DNA of 64,000 nt from the NCBI RefSeq assembly GCF_004363805.1, contig NZ_SNZP01000001.1, forward strand, positions 356,690 to 420,689, given 5' to 3'. This stretch comes from Paludibacterium purpuratum (lineage in GTDB: Bacteria > Pseudomonadota > Gammaproteobacteria > Burkholderiales > Chromobacteriaceae). The notes under the pieces are model-generated. The model was given only the letters and a program-made list of their open reading frames with translations, was not told the origin of the DNA and did no database searches. Position 1 is the stretch's first letter, and each line of letters starts with the position of its first letter. Shown piece after piece: positions 38,866 through 50,228 of the stretch. Both the position numbers and the translations under genes were made by a program.

Positions 38866-41800
38866 ATGGCAAGATTCTTTATCGATCGCCCGATCTTCGC
38901 CTGGGTGATCGCCATCATCATCATGCTGGCCGGCCTGCTGGCGATCACCGGTTTGCCGGTGTCTCAGTATCCGAATATCGCGCCGCCGCAGGTGTCGATT
39001 CGCGCCACTTATCCGGGCGCTTCGGCCAGCACCATCGAGAACACCGTCACCCAGGTGATCGAGCAGAACATGAAGGGGCTCGACGGTCTGCTGTATATGT
39101 CCTCGACCAGCGATTCGTCCGGCGGCGTCAGCATCAACCTGACCTTCAACGCCGGCACCGACCCCGACATCGCCCAGGTGCAAGTGCAGAATAAGCTGTC
39201 GTTGGCGACACCGCGTCTACCGCAGGTGGTGCAGCAGCAGGGCATTACCGTCAACAAGGCCAACGCCAGCTTTCTGATGGTGCTGGGCTTCGTGTCGGAA
39301 GACGGTTCGATGAACGCCACCGACTTGGCCGATTACGTGTCGACCAACGTGCTCGATCCGATCAGCCGCGTCGATGGCGTCGGCAGCGTACAGTTGTTCG
39401 GCGCGCCCTACGCCATGCGCATCTGGCTCGATCCGAACAAGCTCTATACCTATAAGCTCAACCCGTCCGACGTTTCCAGCGCCATCCAGGCGCAGAACGC
39501 CGAGGTATCGGCCGGCCAACTGGGCGGCACGCCGTCGGTCAAGGGACAGCGGCTGAACGTCACCGTGACCTCGCAAACGCTGCTGCACACGCCGCAACAG
39601 TTCGGCAACATCTTGCTGCGAACCAATGCCGACGGTTCGTCGGTACGGGTGCGCGACGTGGCGCGCGTCGAACTGGGCTCGGAAAGTTACGAAAACGTCA
39701 CCCGCTTCAACGGCAAACCGGCCACCGGCCTTGCCATTACCCTGGCCACCGGCGCCAATGCGCTGGCGACCGCCAAGGGCGTGGAAGCCCGCATCGACGA
39801 GTTGGCGAAGTTCTATCCGAGCGGGATGAAGACCGTCTATCCGTTCGATACCACGCCGTTCGTCAAGATCTCGATTCGCGAAGTGATCAAGACGCTGGCC
39901 GAAGCCATCGTGCTGGTATTCCTGGTGATGTATCTGTTCTTGCAGAACTTCCGGGCCACGCTGATTCCGACCATCGCCGTGCCGGTGGTGCTGCTCGGCA
40001 CCTTCGGCGTGCTGTCGGTCGCCGGTTTTTCGATCAACACCCTGACCATGTTCGGCATGGTGCTGGCGATCGGCCTTTTGGTCGACGACGCCATCGTGGT
40101 GGTGGAGAACGTCGAGCGCGTGATGAGCGAGGAGGGGCTGTCGCCCAAGGAGGCCACCAAGCTATCGATGCAGCAGATCACCAGCGCGCTGGTGGGCATC
40201 GGCCTGGTGCTGTCGGCGGTGTTTGTGCCGATGGCCTTCTTCGGCGGCTCCACCGGGGTGATTTACCGCCAGTTCTCCATCACCATCGTCGCCGCCATGG
40301 CGCTGTCGGTTCTGGTGGCGCTGGTGTTGACGCCGGCCTTGTGCGCCACGCTGCTCAAGCCGGTGGAGAAGGATCACGAGAAGCATCACAAGGGCTTCTT
40401 CGGCTGGTTCAACCGCATGTTCGACCGCAATACCGAGCGCTACCAGGGTGTGGTCGGACGCGTACTGGCGCGTTCCACCCGCTACTCGCTGATCTATCTG
40501 GCGTTGATCGGCATCATGGCGCTGTTATTCCTGCGTCTGCCGACCTCTTTCTTGCCGGAAGAAGACCAGGGCGTGTTGTTTTCCATGGTGACGCTGCCGC
40601 CGGGCTCGACCCAAGAGAGCACCGTCAACGTGTTGAAGAAGGTGGAAAAGCACTTTCTGGTCGACGAGAAGGCCAACGTCAATTCGATCTTCACCGTGGC
40701 GGGCTTCAGCTTCGCCGGTAATGGCCAGAATACCGGCATTGCCTTCGTCAGTCTGAAGGACTGGGATCAGCGCAAGGCCGCAGCACAGAAGGCGGACGCG
40801 ATCGCCGGCCGCGCCATGGCGGCGTTCTCGCAAATTCGCGAAGCAATGGTATTCGCCTTTGCGCCGCCGGCGGTGATGGAGTTGGGTAATGCCACCGGCT
40901 TCGACTTCCAGTTGCAGGATCAGGGCGGTCTCGGCCATGCCAAGCTGATGGCGGCACGCAATCAATTGCTGATGATGGCCGCCAAGGAGCCCGGCTTGAT
41001 GGCCGTGCGCCCCAACGGCATGGAAGACACGCCGCAGTACAAGTTGGATGTCGACAAGGAACGCGCCGGCGCGCAAGGGCTGTCGATGGACAACGTCAAC
41101 AGCGTGCTGGCGACCGCCTGGGGCGGCTCCTACGTCAACGATTTCCTCGACAAGGGGCGTACCAAGAAGGTCTATCTGCAGGCCGACGCGCCGTTCCGCA
41201 TGCAGCCGGACGATCTGAAGCGCTGGTTCGTCAAAAACAGCAATGGCGATATGGTGCCGTTCTCCGCCTTCTCGCGCGCCTATTGGACCTATGCCTCGCC
41301 GCGCTTGGAGCGTTACGACGGCGTGCCTTCGGTCGAGATCATGGGGCAACCGGCGCCAGGCTTGAGCACCGGCGCGGCGATGAAAACCATGGAATCCCTG
41401 GCGGCCAAGTTGCCGGCCGGCATCGGTTATTCGTGGACCGGCTTGTCCTATCAGGAGCGGTTGGCCGGCTCGCAGGCGATGTCGCTGTATGCCTTGTCGA
41501 TGCTGGTGGTGTTCCTGTGTCTGGCCGCATTGTACGAGAGCTGGTCGGTGCCGTTCTCGGTGATGCTGGTCGTGCCCTTGGGTGTGGTGGGCGCGTTGTT
41601 GGCCACCTGGATGCGCGGTCTGTCCAACGACGTGTACTTCCAGGTCGGTCTGTTGACCACCATCGGCTTGTCGACCAAGAACGCCATTTTGATCGTCGAG
41701 TTCGCCAAGTCGTTGCAAGAACAGGGGCGCGGGCTGATCGAGGCCACGCTGGAGGCTGCGCGCATGCGCTTGCGGCCGATCCTGATGACCTCGCTGGCCT

Positions 41801-42006
41801 TCGGGCTGGGGGTCTTGCCGTTGGCGATTTCCAACGGCGCCGGCTCCGGCAGCCAGCACGCCATCGGCACCGGGGTGCTGGGCGGCATGTTCGCCTCGAC
41901 GGTATTGGGTATTTTCCTTATCCCGCTTTTCTTCGTGCAGATCCGTAAGTTCTTCACCAAAGAAGGCCAGACGGCGGCCGCGTCCGCCAAGGAGATCGAA
42001 GAATGA
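38866..42006 (+). CDS. RND multidrug efflux permease (AcrB/MexB-like, 1046 aa)
   Basis: Canonical N-terminus [23 protein letters not shown], 12 TMS and two large periplasmic loops. Confidence 0.93.
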   Translation: MARFFIDRPIFAWVIAIIIMLAGLLAITGLPVSQYPNIAPPQVSIRATYPGASASTIENTVTQVIEQNMKGLDGLLYMSSTSDSSGGVSINLTFNAGTDPDIAQVQVQNKLSLATPRLPQVVQQQGITVNKANASFLMVLGFVSEDGSMNATDLADYVSTNVLDPISRVDGVGSVQLFGAPYAMRIWLDPNKLYTYKLNPSDVSSAIQAQNAEVSAGQLGGTPSVKGQRLNVTVTSQTLLHTPQQFGNILLRTNADGSSVRVRDVARVELGSESYENVTRFNGKPATGLAITLATGANALATAKGVEARIDELAKFYPSGMKTVYPFDTTPFVKISIREVIKTLAEAIVLVFLVMYLFLQNFRATLIPTIAVPVVLLGTFGVLSVAGFSINTLTMFGMVLAIGLLVDDAIVVVENVERVMSEEGLSPKEATKLSMQQITSALVGIGLVLSAVFVPMAFFGGSTGVIYRQFSITIVAAMALSVLVALVLTPALCATLLKPVEKDHEKHHKGFFGWFNRMFDRNTERYQGVVGRVLARSTRYSLIYLALIGIMALLFLRLPTSFLPEEDQGVLFSMVTLPPGSTQESTVNVLKKVEKHFLVDEKANVNSIFTVAGFSFAGNGQNTGIAFVSLKDWDQRKAAAQKADAIAGRAMAAFSQIREAMVFAFAPPAVMELGNATGFDFQLQDQGGLGHAKLMAARNQLLMMAAKEPGLMAVRPNGMEDTPQYKLDVDKERAGAQGLSMDNVNSVLATAWGGSYVNDFLDKGRTKKVYLQADAPFRMQPDDLKRWFVKNSNGDMVPFSAFSRAYWTYASPRLERYDGVPSVEIMGQPAPGLSTGAAMKTMESLAAKLPAGIGYSWTGLSYQERLAGSQAMSLYALSMLVVFLCLAALYESWSVPFSVMLVVPLGVVGALLATWMRGLSNDVYFQVGLLTTIGLSTKNAILIVEFAKSLQEQGRGLIEATLEAARMRLRPILMTSLAFGLGVLPLAISNGAGSGSQHAIGTGVLGGMFASTVLGIFLIPLFFVQIRKFFTKEGQTAAASAKEIEE

Positions 42007-43406
42007 TCGCCCGTATGCTACCGCTGGCGCTGGCCGCGGCGCTCGTGACCACCGGCTGCAGTTCGCTGTTGGCACCGGATTACCATCGCCCCCAGGCGCC
42101 GGTGCCGGCGGCCTTGCCGGACTACGGTCACCGTACCGATGCCGAACGCCTGGAACTTGACTGGCGCGCGTTTATTCTCGACGCAAGGCTGCGTCAGGTG
42201 GTCGAGACCGCCTTGGCCAACAACCGCGATCTGCGCATCGCCGCGCTGAATATCGACAAGGCGCGAGCCCAGTACGGCATCAGCCGCGCCGATCTGCTGC
42301 CGTCGATCAATGCCACGGCGACCGGCACACACAGCCAGACGGCACAGGATTTGACCAGTGCCGGCACACCGCGCATTACGCACGGCTATAGCGCCGGCCT
42401 GGGTTTCAGTGCCTGGGAGATCGACCTGTTCGGCAAGCTGCAGAACCAGAAGGACGCTGCTTGGGAGACGTTCCTGCAAAGTGCGGAAACGCGTAACGCC
42501 ACCCAGATCAGCCTGGTGGCCGAAGTGGTCAACGCTTGGCTGACGCTGGCCGCCGACCAGGATCGGCTCAAGTTGGCCGAGGATACGCTGGCCAATCAGC
42601 AGACGTCCTACGCCTTGATCGCCGGCCGCTTCCACTTCGGCATCGGTTCGCAACTGGACGTGAGCCAGGCGCAGACCACGGTCGATAGCGCACGCGTCGA
42701 CGCCGCCGGTTATCGCAGCCAAGTAGAGCAGGATCGGAATGCACTGGCCTTGCTGGCGGGCGCACCGCTGACCGATAGCATGCTGCCGCCGACCGGCCTG
42801 TTCGACGACGCCCCGGTGCTGACCGAGCTGCCGTCCGGATTGTCGTCCGAGGTGTTGTTGGCGCGGCCCGACTTGCGCGCCGACGAGCACGCGCTCAAGG
42901 CGGCCAACGCCAATATCGGTGCGGCGCGCGCGGCGTTCTTCCCCAGTATCACGCTGACGGCCAGCGTCGGTTCCGCCAGTAACGATATGAGCCGGCTGTT
43001 CAAGGGTGGCAACGGCACCTGGAACTTCGTGCCGCAATTGAATTTGCCGATCTTCAACGGCGGGGCGCTGATGGCCTCGCTGGATGTGGCCAAAGTGTCG
43101 CGCGACATTAACGTGGCGCAATACCAGAAAGACATCCAGACGGCATTCCGCGAAACGGCCGATGCGCTGGCGGTACGCGCCAATATGGACGAGCAACTGG
43201 CGGCGCAGCAGCACCTGGCCGCCGCCAGCGCCAACAGCTACCAACTGTCGGACGCGCGTTACAAGGCGGGTATCGATGGCTATCTCACGCTGCTGGATTC
43301 TCAGCGCTCGTTATATGCCGCCGAGCAGAAGCTGATCACCGTGAAGCTGGCGCAACAAGCCAACCGCGTCACCTTGTTCAAGGTGCTGGGTGGCGGGGCG
43401 TCGTGA
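42003..43406 (+). CDS. Outer membrane efflux lipoprotein (OprM/NodT family)
   Basis: Lipobox TTGCSS and a tandem-duplicated TolC-like repeat. Translationally coupled to the RND permease. Confidence 0.88.
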   Translation: MIARMLPLALAAALVTTGCSSLLAPDYHRPQAPVPAALPDYGHRTDAERLELDWRAFILDARLRQVVETALANNRDLRIAALNIDKARAQYGISRADLLPSINATATGTHSQTAQDLTSAGTPRITHGYSAGLGFSAWEIDLFGKLQNQKDAAWETFLQSAETRNATQISLVAEVVNAWLTLAADQDRLKLAEDTLANQQTSYALIAGRFHFGIGSQLDVSQAQTTVDSARVDAAGYRSQVEQDRNALALLAGAPLTDSMLPPTGLFDDAPVLTELPSGLSSEVLLARPDLRADEHALKAANANIGAARAAFFPSITLTASVGSASNDMSRLFKGGNGTWNFVPQLNLPIFNGGALMASLDVAKVSRDINVAQYQKDIQTAFRETADALAVRANMDEQLAAQQHLAAASANSYQLSDARYKAGIDGYLTLLDSQRSLYAAEQKLITVKLAQQANRVTLFKVLGGGAS

Positions 43407-43451
43407 CGCTTTGGGCTGAAAAACACCAAACCGGCAGATCTTGACGCGAGA

Positions 43452-43493
43452 ACGGCGGTGAATTGGCAAACGATTTGCCGATTCACCGCCGTT
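43452..43493. terminator. Long near-perfect hairpin (19-bp stem, 4-nt loop) downstream of the efflux operon; candidate terminator or protein-binding site
   Basis: ACGGCGGTGAATTGGCAAA-CGAT-TTTGCCGATTCACCGCCGT with one mismatch. No strong T-run follows on the + strand. Confidence 0.45.
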
Positions 43494-43543
43494 TACATGT
43501 GCCGGATAGGTGGAAACGGCGTTGTCGAGCGATACGCGGACGA

Positions 43544-43729
43544 TCAGTGCCCGAGCTGGTCGAGCTCCTGCTCGGTGAGTCCCGTACATTGCATAACGAG
43601 AGTGCGGTCAACGCCCTTGGTCAGTAGGGCGTATGCAACTTCCTTGCGGGTTTTCAAGGTGCCTTTTTCGATCCCTTTTTCGATCCCTTCCTGGACCCAT
43701 TCCTGCCGGAGTCTTTCCGCCATGGTCAT
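43544..43729 (-). CDS. Small ORF (61 aa) resembling the C-terminal tail of Rpn/YhgA-like (PDDEXK_7) proteins; contains a 2x12-bp tandem repeat
   Basis: …EWVQEGIEKGIEKGTLKTRKEVAYALLTKGVDRTLVMQCTGLTEQELDQL. GIEKGIEKG is encoded by CCTTTTTCGATC x2 (43663-43686). No nuclease domain upstream. Confidence 0.35.
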   Translation of the reverse strand: MTMAERLRQEWVQEGIEKGIEKGTLKTRKEVAYALLTKGVDRTLVMQCTGLTEQELDQLGH

Positions 43730-43936
43730 GACAACCTCCTCATAAAAACGGCATCATGCGGGGAGGGCCGATGATAGCGGCCTAAGACGGGCAAGGCACG
43801 TCAGCGCGGTTCAGACTGCATGGCATCGGCCGGTCATCCCTCGCGGCCTATGTCGGCGGTCAGTATCGGCGCGTTGCTCGGCGAACGCGCCCTACACGGA
43901 TAGGGTAGCGTGCGTTCGCCGCAGGCAACGCACGGA

Positions 43937-45277
43937 TCATGTGGCCTTCAACCCGTCCGGCTCGGCTTGGCGTCGTCTGGCGCACAACGCCAGGCCGAGC
44001 ACCATGCCCATCAAGGCCAGCACCTCGACGTAGTGGGCCGGTGCTTGCGGATCGCTCTTGAGCATCAGCGCCACCGCCATCGGCGTCAGGCCACCGAAGA
44101 TCGCATAAGCCAGGTTGTACGACAGCGACAGGCCGCTGAAACGCACCGTCGCCGGGAAGGCGCGCACCATGATGCACGGCACGGCGGCGATCACGCCGAC
44201 GGTCAGTCCAAGCAGCGCATAGCCGGGAAACAGCCAGTCCGGGTGCGCGGCGATCTGACTATAGAAACCGTAGCAGGCCACGAGCAAAAATCCAGAGCCG
44301 GCGAACAGCGTCGGGCCGTTGCCGAAGCGGTCGGTCAGACTGCCGGCCAGCACGCAGCCGATCGACAGGCAGACGACTGCCAGGCTGTTGGCCAATAAGG
44401 CTTTCTCTGCGCCGATGCCGGGCAATTTTCCCAATAGCGACGGCGTCATCAGGATCACCACCACGATGCCGCCGGTCAGCAGCCAAGTGGCCAGCATCGA
44501 CAGCAGCATCGCGCCGCGATGCGAAGCCAGTACGCGTTTCATCGGCCATTCGGCCAATAACGCGCGCTGTTCCGCCAACTCCTTGAAGATCGGGGTTTCC
44601 TGCAGATAACCGCGCAGGTAGACCGCCAGCAGACCGAACACCCCGCCTAGCAGGAAGGGAATACGCCAGGCGCGCGCCACCAGCTCAGCTTCGCTGAAAC
44701 GCGCGTGCATGGCGCTTGCCACCAGCGAACCGAGCAGGATGCCCAAGGTCAGGCCGGCGGTCAGCGTGCCGCAGGCGAAGCCGACGCGCCGCGCCGGCAC
44801 GTGCTCGGAGACGAAGACCCAGGCGCCCGGGATTTCGCCGCCGATGGCCGCGCCTTGCAGTACGCGCAGCGCAAGCAGCAGCACCGGCGCCCAGATGCCG
44901 ATATCGGCGTAGGTGGGCAACAGACCCATGATGAAGGTCGGCAGCGCCATCAGCAGGATGCTGAGCGTGAACATGCGCTTGCGGCCGTGCAGGTCGCCGA
45001 AATGCGCCATGACGATGCCGCCGAGCGGGCGGGCCAGATAACCGGCGGCGAAAATACCGTAGGTCTGCAGCTGAACCAGCCATTCCGGGCTATGCGGCGG
45101 AAAGAACACATGGCCCATGATCGCCGCGAAAAACACGTAGATGACGAAGTCGTAGAATTCGAGCGTGCCGCCCAAGGCGGCCAGCGCCAGGGTGCGGTAA
45201 TCGCCGCGGTTGAGCGGGCGGGTGTGGTCGAAAGGCATTGTTGTTTGTCCCATGATCGTTATTATCGCGGCGTTCAC
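43937..45277 (-). CDS. MFS metabolite:H+ symporter (MHS family, ProP/KgtP-like)
   Basis: 12 TMS with MHS-family motifs (…LEFYDFVIYVFFAAIMG…, GRKRMFTLSILLMALPTFIMG). Confidence 0.8.
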   Translation of the reverse strand: MNAAIITIMGQTTMPFDHTRPLNRGDYRTLALAALGGTLEFYDFVIYVFFAAIMGHVFFPPHSPEWLVQLQTYGIFAAGYLARPLGGIVMAHFGDLHGRKRMFTLSILLMALPTFIMGLLPTYADIGIWAPVLLLALRVLQGAAIGGEIPGAWVFVSEHVPARRVGFACGTLTAGLTLGILLGSLVASAMHARFSEAELVARAWRIPFLLGGVFGLLAVYLRGYLQETPIFKELAEQRALLAEWPMKRVLASHRGAMLLSMLATWLLTGGIVVVILMTPSLLGKLPGIGAEKALLANSLAVVCLSIGCVLAGSLTDRFGNGPTLFAGSGFLLVACYGFYSQIAAHPDWLFPGYALLGLTVGVIAAVPCIMVRAFPATVRFSGLSLSYNLAYAIFGGLTPMAVALMLKSDPQAPAHYVEVLALMGMVLGLALCARRRQAEPDGLKAT

Positions 45278-45423
45278 AAGCGCCGTGTCGGATCAGAATA
45301 CCTCATTGTCATGGGGCGGGAAATGCCTTCGCCGGCGATACAGAGACGGATTTCTGCTATTTGCTGCTGGCGATACGTTTGTATCGGCGAGGAAATGCCG
45401 TGGCGCGCGTTGCGCGCCCGGCA

Positions 45424-45633
45424 TCAATAATGCGGCGGAATTTCGTGTTGCGGCCCGGCCTGATCCTGCCCCGGGTCATGGCTGCGCATCTGTTGATATA
45501 GCAAGCGCAACTGCTGCTGCAGCAAGTCGATCTGTTGCTGTTGGCGGGTGACGGTGAGGTTGAGCGTGTCGAGCATATCGTCCTGGAACGCCAGTTTGAC
45601 TTCAAGCTCGGTGAGTCGATCTTCCGTGTTCAT
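45424..45633 (-). CDS. slyX: SlyX-family protein
   Basis: MNTEDRLTELEVKLAFQDDMLDTLN… is the canonical SlyX coiled coil; 69 aa. The ATG overlaps the stop of the upstream YhcH-like gene. Confidence 0.8.
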   Translation of the reverse strand: MNTEDRLTELEVKLAFQDDMLDTLNLTVTRQQQQIDLLQQQLRLLYQQMRSHDPGQDQAGPQHEIPPHY

Positions 45634-46091
45634 GCCAGCTCTCCTTGGCGCAGTTTCAACACCACTTTCTTGATCTGTGCCGGGTTTGCCACCGCACAGC
45701 AGGGACGGTGATATTCGCCCGCTTGAAAGATGGCGTACATGCCGGGCGACAACATCAGTTCGCAGGCCGGCTGCTTTGCGTCGTAGAACGCGATGTCCCG
45801 CTCCGACAAGTGGTCTTCCAGCAGCGTCGTCTCGCACTCCTTCGGCAGATAGTCGATACGCTCCGCGCCGCTGACCAGGTATTGCACGTCCAGATAGCGG
45901 GCATGCGCTTCGAAGCGGCGCGTGTCGGCATGGCCGGTGGTCATTTCCTGCACCAGGGCAAAGCAACGTTCGCCGTCGATCGGGTAACGACCCGCGGGCC
46001 GCTGGGCAAAATCCGCCAGCAGCGCGAGGACGTCGCGCAGTTCGGCGGGTAGGGGGCTGTTTGCCAGGTTGTCGATATGGTCGCAGTACAT
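45630..46091 (-). CDS. YhcH/YjgK/YiaL (DUF386) family protein
   Basis: 153 aa; cupin-like YhcH family similarity. Confidence 0.6.
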   Translation of the reverse strand: MYCDHIDNLANSPLPAELRDVLALLADFAQRPAGRYPIDGERCFALVQEMTTGHADTRRFEAHARYLDVQYLVSGAERIDYLPKECETTLLEDHLSERDIAFYDAKQPACELMLSPGMYAIFQAGEYHRPCCAVANPAQIKKVVLKLRQGELA

Positions 46092-46163
46092 GGGCGGGTC
46101 TCGGATCGGGGATGCGGCATTTTAGCCGAATACCCCGCCGGCGTGGAGCGGATGCGCGATGCA

Positions 46164-47486
46164 TTAGCGCATGACGAAGGCTTCGGCATGAAAGCGTGGC
46201 TTGCGGCCGTCGCGGTGAATCAAGCCCTCGGCTAACGCCGTACCCATGGCGGCGGGGCCGCAGAACCATACCGCCTCCACCGCTGGCAGCATGGCGGGCT
46301 GCAAACGCTCGCCATGGGCACTATCGATCAAATGCAGCCGTGCACCGGTCGCGGCGCACTGCCGGCGTAATTCGGCCAAATGCACCGCCTGCTCGGCAGC
46401 CGGCACACAGTAGTAAAAATCCACCCGATCCAGCATGCCGCCCCGCTGGGCAAAGGTTTCCAGCCAGGCTAGAAACGGTGTCACGCCGATGCCGGCGGCG
46501 ACCCAGGCCTGGGATTGCTCGGGGCGGCCGGGCAGAAAACGACCATACGGGCCTTCCACCGTCACGGGCATGCCGGTTCGCAGGGTTTCGGCCAGTCGAC
46601 CGGTATAGTCGCCCAGTCCCTTGATGATGAAACGCAGGTGACCCTGGCTGTTTTCGCCGCAGGCAATCGAGAACGGATGGGCGCCCTCGGCGGCATCGAA
46701 GGTCACGCGGGCGAATTGCCCGGCGCGGTGCCCCGGCCAGTCTTGCCCCATCTGGCAGCTAACCTCCACCATGCCGCCCGGCAGCGTGACCACCGATTGC
46801 ACCAGGCCTGCGTGGCGGCGCGCCCGGCCCAGACGGCCGGTCAGCACCCAGATCGCCGCTAGCGTGCCTGCCAGGATGGTCAAGGCAAACAGCGCGCCGA
46901 TAGGCGTCGGCCAGAAGGCGGCCGGCATCAGCACTGCGCCATGAAATGCGCCGAGCAGAAACAATGGCGCGAACAAGGTGTGCAGCTTGCGAAAGATGCC
47001 GTAGGGCAGGCGCCGCAGCAGGGCCAGTAGGACCAGCGCCAGCATGAGGTAGGCGCTCCAACTGCCGATTTCGCGCGCCAGCCCCGCCAGGGAAAATCCG
47101 CCATGGTGGCCGCCATGCCGCAACATCGGCTCGACGCCGAGCGCGATGAACAGCGGCGGCGACAGCTTGATTAGCCAATGCGTCGCCAGTAGTACGCCGC
47201 TGGCGATGCCCAGCCGTTTGTGCAGTCGGTACATCTTGTCTAGTCCGCCGAGCAGGCTCTCCAGCCACGGCGAGCGCGTGGCGAGCAGCATGGCGGCGCC
47301 CATCACGGTCATCAATTGCACCCCGGAAAGCAGAATCAATTGCTGGCGCCATTGCCAATAGTCGGCGGGCCAGCCGTATTGGGCGTAGCTGGCCCAGGCG
47401 AACAGCACGGTGCTCAGGGCCAGCAACAGGGTAAGAGGGTGTTTTTGCATGGTCGTTGTCTCAATGCAGGTGGAACTTGCCCGCAT
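46164..47486 (-). CDS. Ferric-reductase-like transmembrane protein with a C-terminal FAD/NAD(P)-binding oxidoreductase module
   Basis: N-terminal 6-TMS heme-binding ferric reductase domain with His pairs, fused to an FNR-like FAD/NAD domain. Alternative start at 47450 (MQKHPL). Confidence 0.75.
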   Translation of the reverse strand: MRASSTCIETTTMQKHPLTLLLALSTVLFAWASYAQYGWPADYWQWRQQLILLSGVQLMTVMGAAMLLATRSPWLESLLGGLDKMYRLHKRLGIASGVLLATHWLIKLSPPLFIALGVEPMLRHGGHHGGFSLAGLAREIGSWSAYLMLALVLLALLRRLPYGIFRKLHTLFAPLFLLGAFHGAVLMPAAFWPTPIGALFALTILAGTLAAIWVLTGRLGRARRHAGLVQSVVTLPGGMVEVSCQMGQDWPGHRAGQFARVTFDAAEGAHPFSIACGENSQGHLRFIIKGLGDYTGRLAETLRTGMPVTVEGPYGRFLPGRPEQSQAWVAAGIGVTPFLAWLETFAQRGGMLDRVDFYYCVPAAEQAVHLAELRRQCAATGARLHLIDSAHGERLQPAMLPAVEAVWFCGPAAMGTALAEGLIHRDGRKPRFHAEAFVMR

Positions 47487-47608
47487 TGAAGCAACGCAAA
47501 CTTAAGTGAAAATGAGGAAATTATCCTGGATGTTTCGAAATATTGCGCCGAGCGCTGTGCGCAACACTCGTTTAGCCGCCTTTACAAAATCCCATGTCCA
47601 CTCGCGCC

Positions 47609-48745
47609 TCAGAACACTTTCCGTCCCCGGCGCCACACTTGGCGTACCAGCGGTACGCCGTCATGCGCCCGAACCTGTAGCAAGTCGGCTTGCTGACCGA
47701 TGGCGATCTGTCCCCTGTCTTCCAGCCCCACGGCGCGTGCCGGGTTCAGGCTGACGCAGGCCACCGCGCGGTCGAGCGTCCAGCCGGCCTGTTCGACCAG
47801 CAGGTAGGCCGCGTGCAGCAGACTGGCCGGCACGTAGTCCGAAGATAAAATGTCCAGCAATCCCGCGCGCGCAAGCTCGGTGGCGGCGATGTTGCCGGAG
47901 TGCGAACCGCCGCGCACGACGTTGGGTGCGCCCATGACCGTGCGTAAGCCGTGTCGGTGCGCGGCTTGGGCCGCTGCCAGCGTGGTGGGGAATTCGGCGA
48001 TGTCGACGCCGTCGGCCACCGCTTCCTCGATGTGATCCACCTCGGTATCGTCATGGCTGGCCAGACGAATCCGCCGCGCCCGGGCCATCTCGACCACCGC
48101 CTGTTTGTGCCGCGCCGCGTACTGCGCCTGGCGGGCTCTGCGCTCATCCACCGCCTGCAGGAAAGTGGACTCGTTCCAACCGACGTTCTTCTTGGCGTAG
48201 TACTTCTGGTATTGCGCCAGGTCGCGGTATTGGCGTTGGCCCGGCGTATGGTCCATCACCGAAATCAGCCGCACCGCCGGGTGATCGATCAACAGTCCCA
48301 GCTCGCCCAGCAGATCGTGGTAGGACAGTTCGCAGCGCAGGTGGAACAAGTGGTCGGCACGCAGAATGCCCGCGCGCATGCCCTGATCGATGGCGGCGAA
48401 CGAGGTGTGCAGGGTGTCCAGGCGCACGCTCTCGTTTTCCAGATCGCCCACGGAGAGCGCGTCGAACACCGTGGTGATCCCGGCGGCCACGCATTGCGCG
48501 TCGTGGCTGACCACGGCGGGCAGCACCGGCCACAAGACGCCATTGCGCGGCATCAGGTGTTTTTCCAGATTGTCGGTATGCAGTTCCACCAGCCCCGGCA
48601 GCAGCTCGTCGCCCGCCAGATCCTCGCCCGCGCCCAGCGGGCGGTCGTGGATGGCGCAAACCACGCCTTGATCGATAACCACCGCGCCTCGGTCGATGAT
48701 GTGGTCGGCCAGGATCAGCCGGGCGTTGTCCAGAATGTGTTTCAT
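47609..48745 (-). CDS. phnM: Alpha-D-ribose 1-methylphosphonate 5-triphosphate diphosphatase (amidohydrolase)
   Basis: Amidohydrolase superfamily. Last gene of the phnG-M run; 4-nt overlap with phnL. Confidence 0.85.
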   Translation of the reverse strand: MKHILDNARLILADHIIDRGAVVIDQGVVCAIHDRPLGAGEDLAGDELLPGLVELHTDNLEKHLMPRNGVLWPVLPAVVSHDAQCVAAGITTVFDALSVGDLENESVRLDTLHTSFAAIDQGMRAGILRADHLFHLRCELSYHDLLGELGLLIDHPAVRLISVMDHTPGQRQYRDLAQYQKYYAKKNVGWNESTFLQAVDERRARQAQYAARHKQAVVEMARARRIRLASHDDTEVDHIEEAVADGVDIAEFPTTLAAAQAAHRHGLRTVMGAPNVVRGGSHSGNIAATELARAGLLDILSSDYVPASLLHAAYLLVEQAGWTLDRAVACVSLNPARAVGLEDRGQIAIGQQADLLQVRAHDGVPLVRQVWRRGRKVF

Positions 48746-49455
48746 ACGGCTTGCTCCTCCAGGCGTGCCGTCGGCACGCTGAAAATCCGGTTGGCGATGG
48801 CGTCGCGGGTGGCCTCGTCATGGAAAATACCGACCAGGGCCGCGCCGCGCCGGCGGGCTTCGCTCATCAATTCGATCACCACCGCGCGGTTGGCGGCATC
48901 CAGCGAGGCGGTGGGCTCGTCCAGCAGTAGGATCGGCCGCGGGGCGATCATCCCGCGTGCGATGTTGATCCGTTGCTGCTCGCCGCCGGAGAAGGTGGCG
49001 GGCGGCAAATGCCACAGCCGTTCGGCGATATTGAGGCGCGCGAGCCAGCCACCGGCTTCCGCCAGAGCTTGCGCCCGCGACCAGCCCCATTCCAGCAAGG
49101 GCTCCGCCACGATGTCCAGCGCGCCGACGCGTGGAATGACGCGCAAAAACTGGCTGACGTAGCCTAGCGTGTGGCGCCGTGCCTCGGCAATCTGATCGGG
49201 CCGGGCGCGTACCATGTCCAGCCACTGTCCGTCATGGCGGATGCCAATGCTGCCGGCCTGCACCAGATAGTTACCGTATAGCGCTTTCAACAGGGTGCTT
49301 TTGCCCGCGCCCGAGGGGCCTGTCAGCGCCACGCATTCGCCGGCCGCCACGGCCAGCGAGACATCGCTTAGGACGGGCAGTCGCAGGCCGCCTTGCTGGT
49401 GCAGGATGAAGGTCTTGCTCAAATGTTGGGCATCAATCATTAGCGTCATGGTCAT
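48742..49455 (-). CDS. phnL: C-P lyase system ATP-binding protein PhnL
   Basis: ABC ATPase with Walker [10 protein letters not shown] and LSGGEQQR. Start taken at [10 protein letters not shown]. Confidence 0.85.
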   Translation of the reverse strand: MTMTLMIDAQHLSKTFILHQQGGLRLPVLSDVSLAVAAGECVALTGPSGAGKSTLLKALYGNYLVQAGSIGIRHDGQWLDMVRARPDQIAEARRHTLGYVSQFLRVIPRVGALDIVAEPLLEWGWSRAQALAEAGGWLARLNIAERLWHLPPATFSGGEQQRINIARGMIAPRPILLLDEPTASLDAANRAVVIELMSEARRRGAALVGIFHDEATRDAIANRIFSVPTARLEEQAV

Positions 49456-50228
49456 CAAGCCTGAAGAATCGAAGACACCAGCAGTTGGCTGTACGGGTGT
49501 TGCGGGTCGTCGAGAATCTGGTCGGTCAGTCCGGTTTCGACCACGCGGCCGCGCTGCATCACCAGCGTGCGCTGTGCCAAGAGCCGTGCCACGCCCAGGT
49601 CGTGGGTCACCATGATCACCGCGATACCGGTATCGTGGACCAGGCGGCGCGTCAGATCGAGAAACCGGGCCTGTACCGAGACATCCAGCCCGCCGGTCGG
49701 TTCGTCCATGAACACCAGACGCGGCTGGGTCACTAGATTGCGTGCGATCTGCAGTCTCTGTTGCATGCCGCCGGAAAATGCCGAGGGCTTGTCGTCCAGC
49801 CTGTCTGCACCGATTTCCACCTTGTCCAACCAATCGCCGGCGCGCTCGCGCAAGCGGCCATAGTGACGCTCGCCCAGCGCCATCAGCCGCTCGCTGATAT
49901 TGGCGCCCGCCGAGACGTTCATCCGCAGGCCGTCCCGGGCATGCTGGGTGACATAACCCCATTCGCTGCGCGCCAGACGGCGGCGCTCGGCTTCCGGCAG
50001 GCAGGTCAACTCATGCGCCATGCCGTCGCGATCCAGAAACCGCACTTGCCCGCGGTCGGCGGCCAGTTTGCCGGCCAAGGTGGCCAGCAGCGTCGATTTG
50101 CCCGAACCGGATTCGCCGACGATGCCCAGCACCTCGCCCGGATACAGCTCGAAGTCGATATCGAAACAACCCTGGCCATTGCCATAGTCCTTGCACAAAC
50201 CGCGTGTACTGAGAATCGGCCGTGTCAT
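49455..50228 (-). CDS. phnK: C-P lyase system ATP-binding protein PhnK
   Basis: ABC ATPase (GESGSGKST; FSGGMQQR). Start taken at [11 protein letters not shown]. Confidence 0.85.
   Translation of the reverse strand: MTRPILSTRGLCKDYGNGQGCFDIDFELYPGEVLGIVGESGSGKSTLLATLAGKLAADRGQVRFLDRDGMAHELTCLPEAERRRLARSEWGYVTQHARDGLRMNVSAGANISERLMALGERHYGRLRERAGDWLDKVEIGADRLDDKPSAFSGGMQQRLQIARNLVTQPRLVFMDEPTGGLDVSVQARFLDLTRRLVHDTGIAVIMVTHDLGVARLLAQRTLVMQRGRVVETGLTDQILDDPQHPYSQLLVSSILQA

Noticed and set aside
37665-39194. 509-aa + strand ORF spanning the MFP and RND permease genes in an alternate frame
   Set aside because: Overlaps two strongly supported efflux genes out of frame. Arg/Gly-rich composition.
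40525-42075. 516-aa minus-strand ORF antisense to the RND permease
   Set aside because: Antisense to an unambiguous AcrB-like gene.
42018-43244. 408-aa minus-strand ORF antisense to the outer-membrane factor gene
   Set aside because: Antisense artefact.
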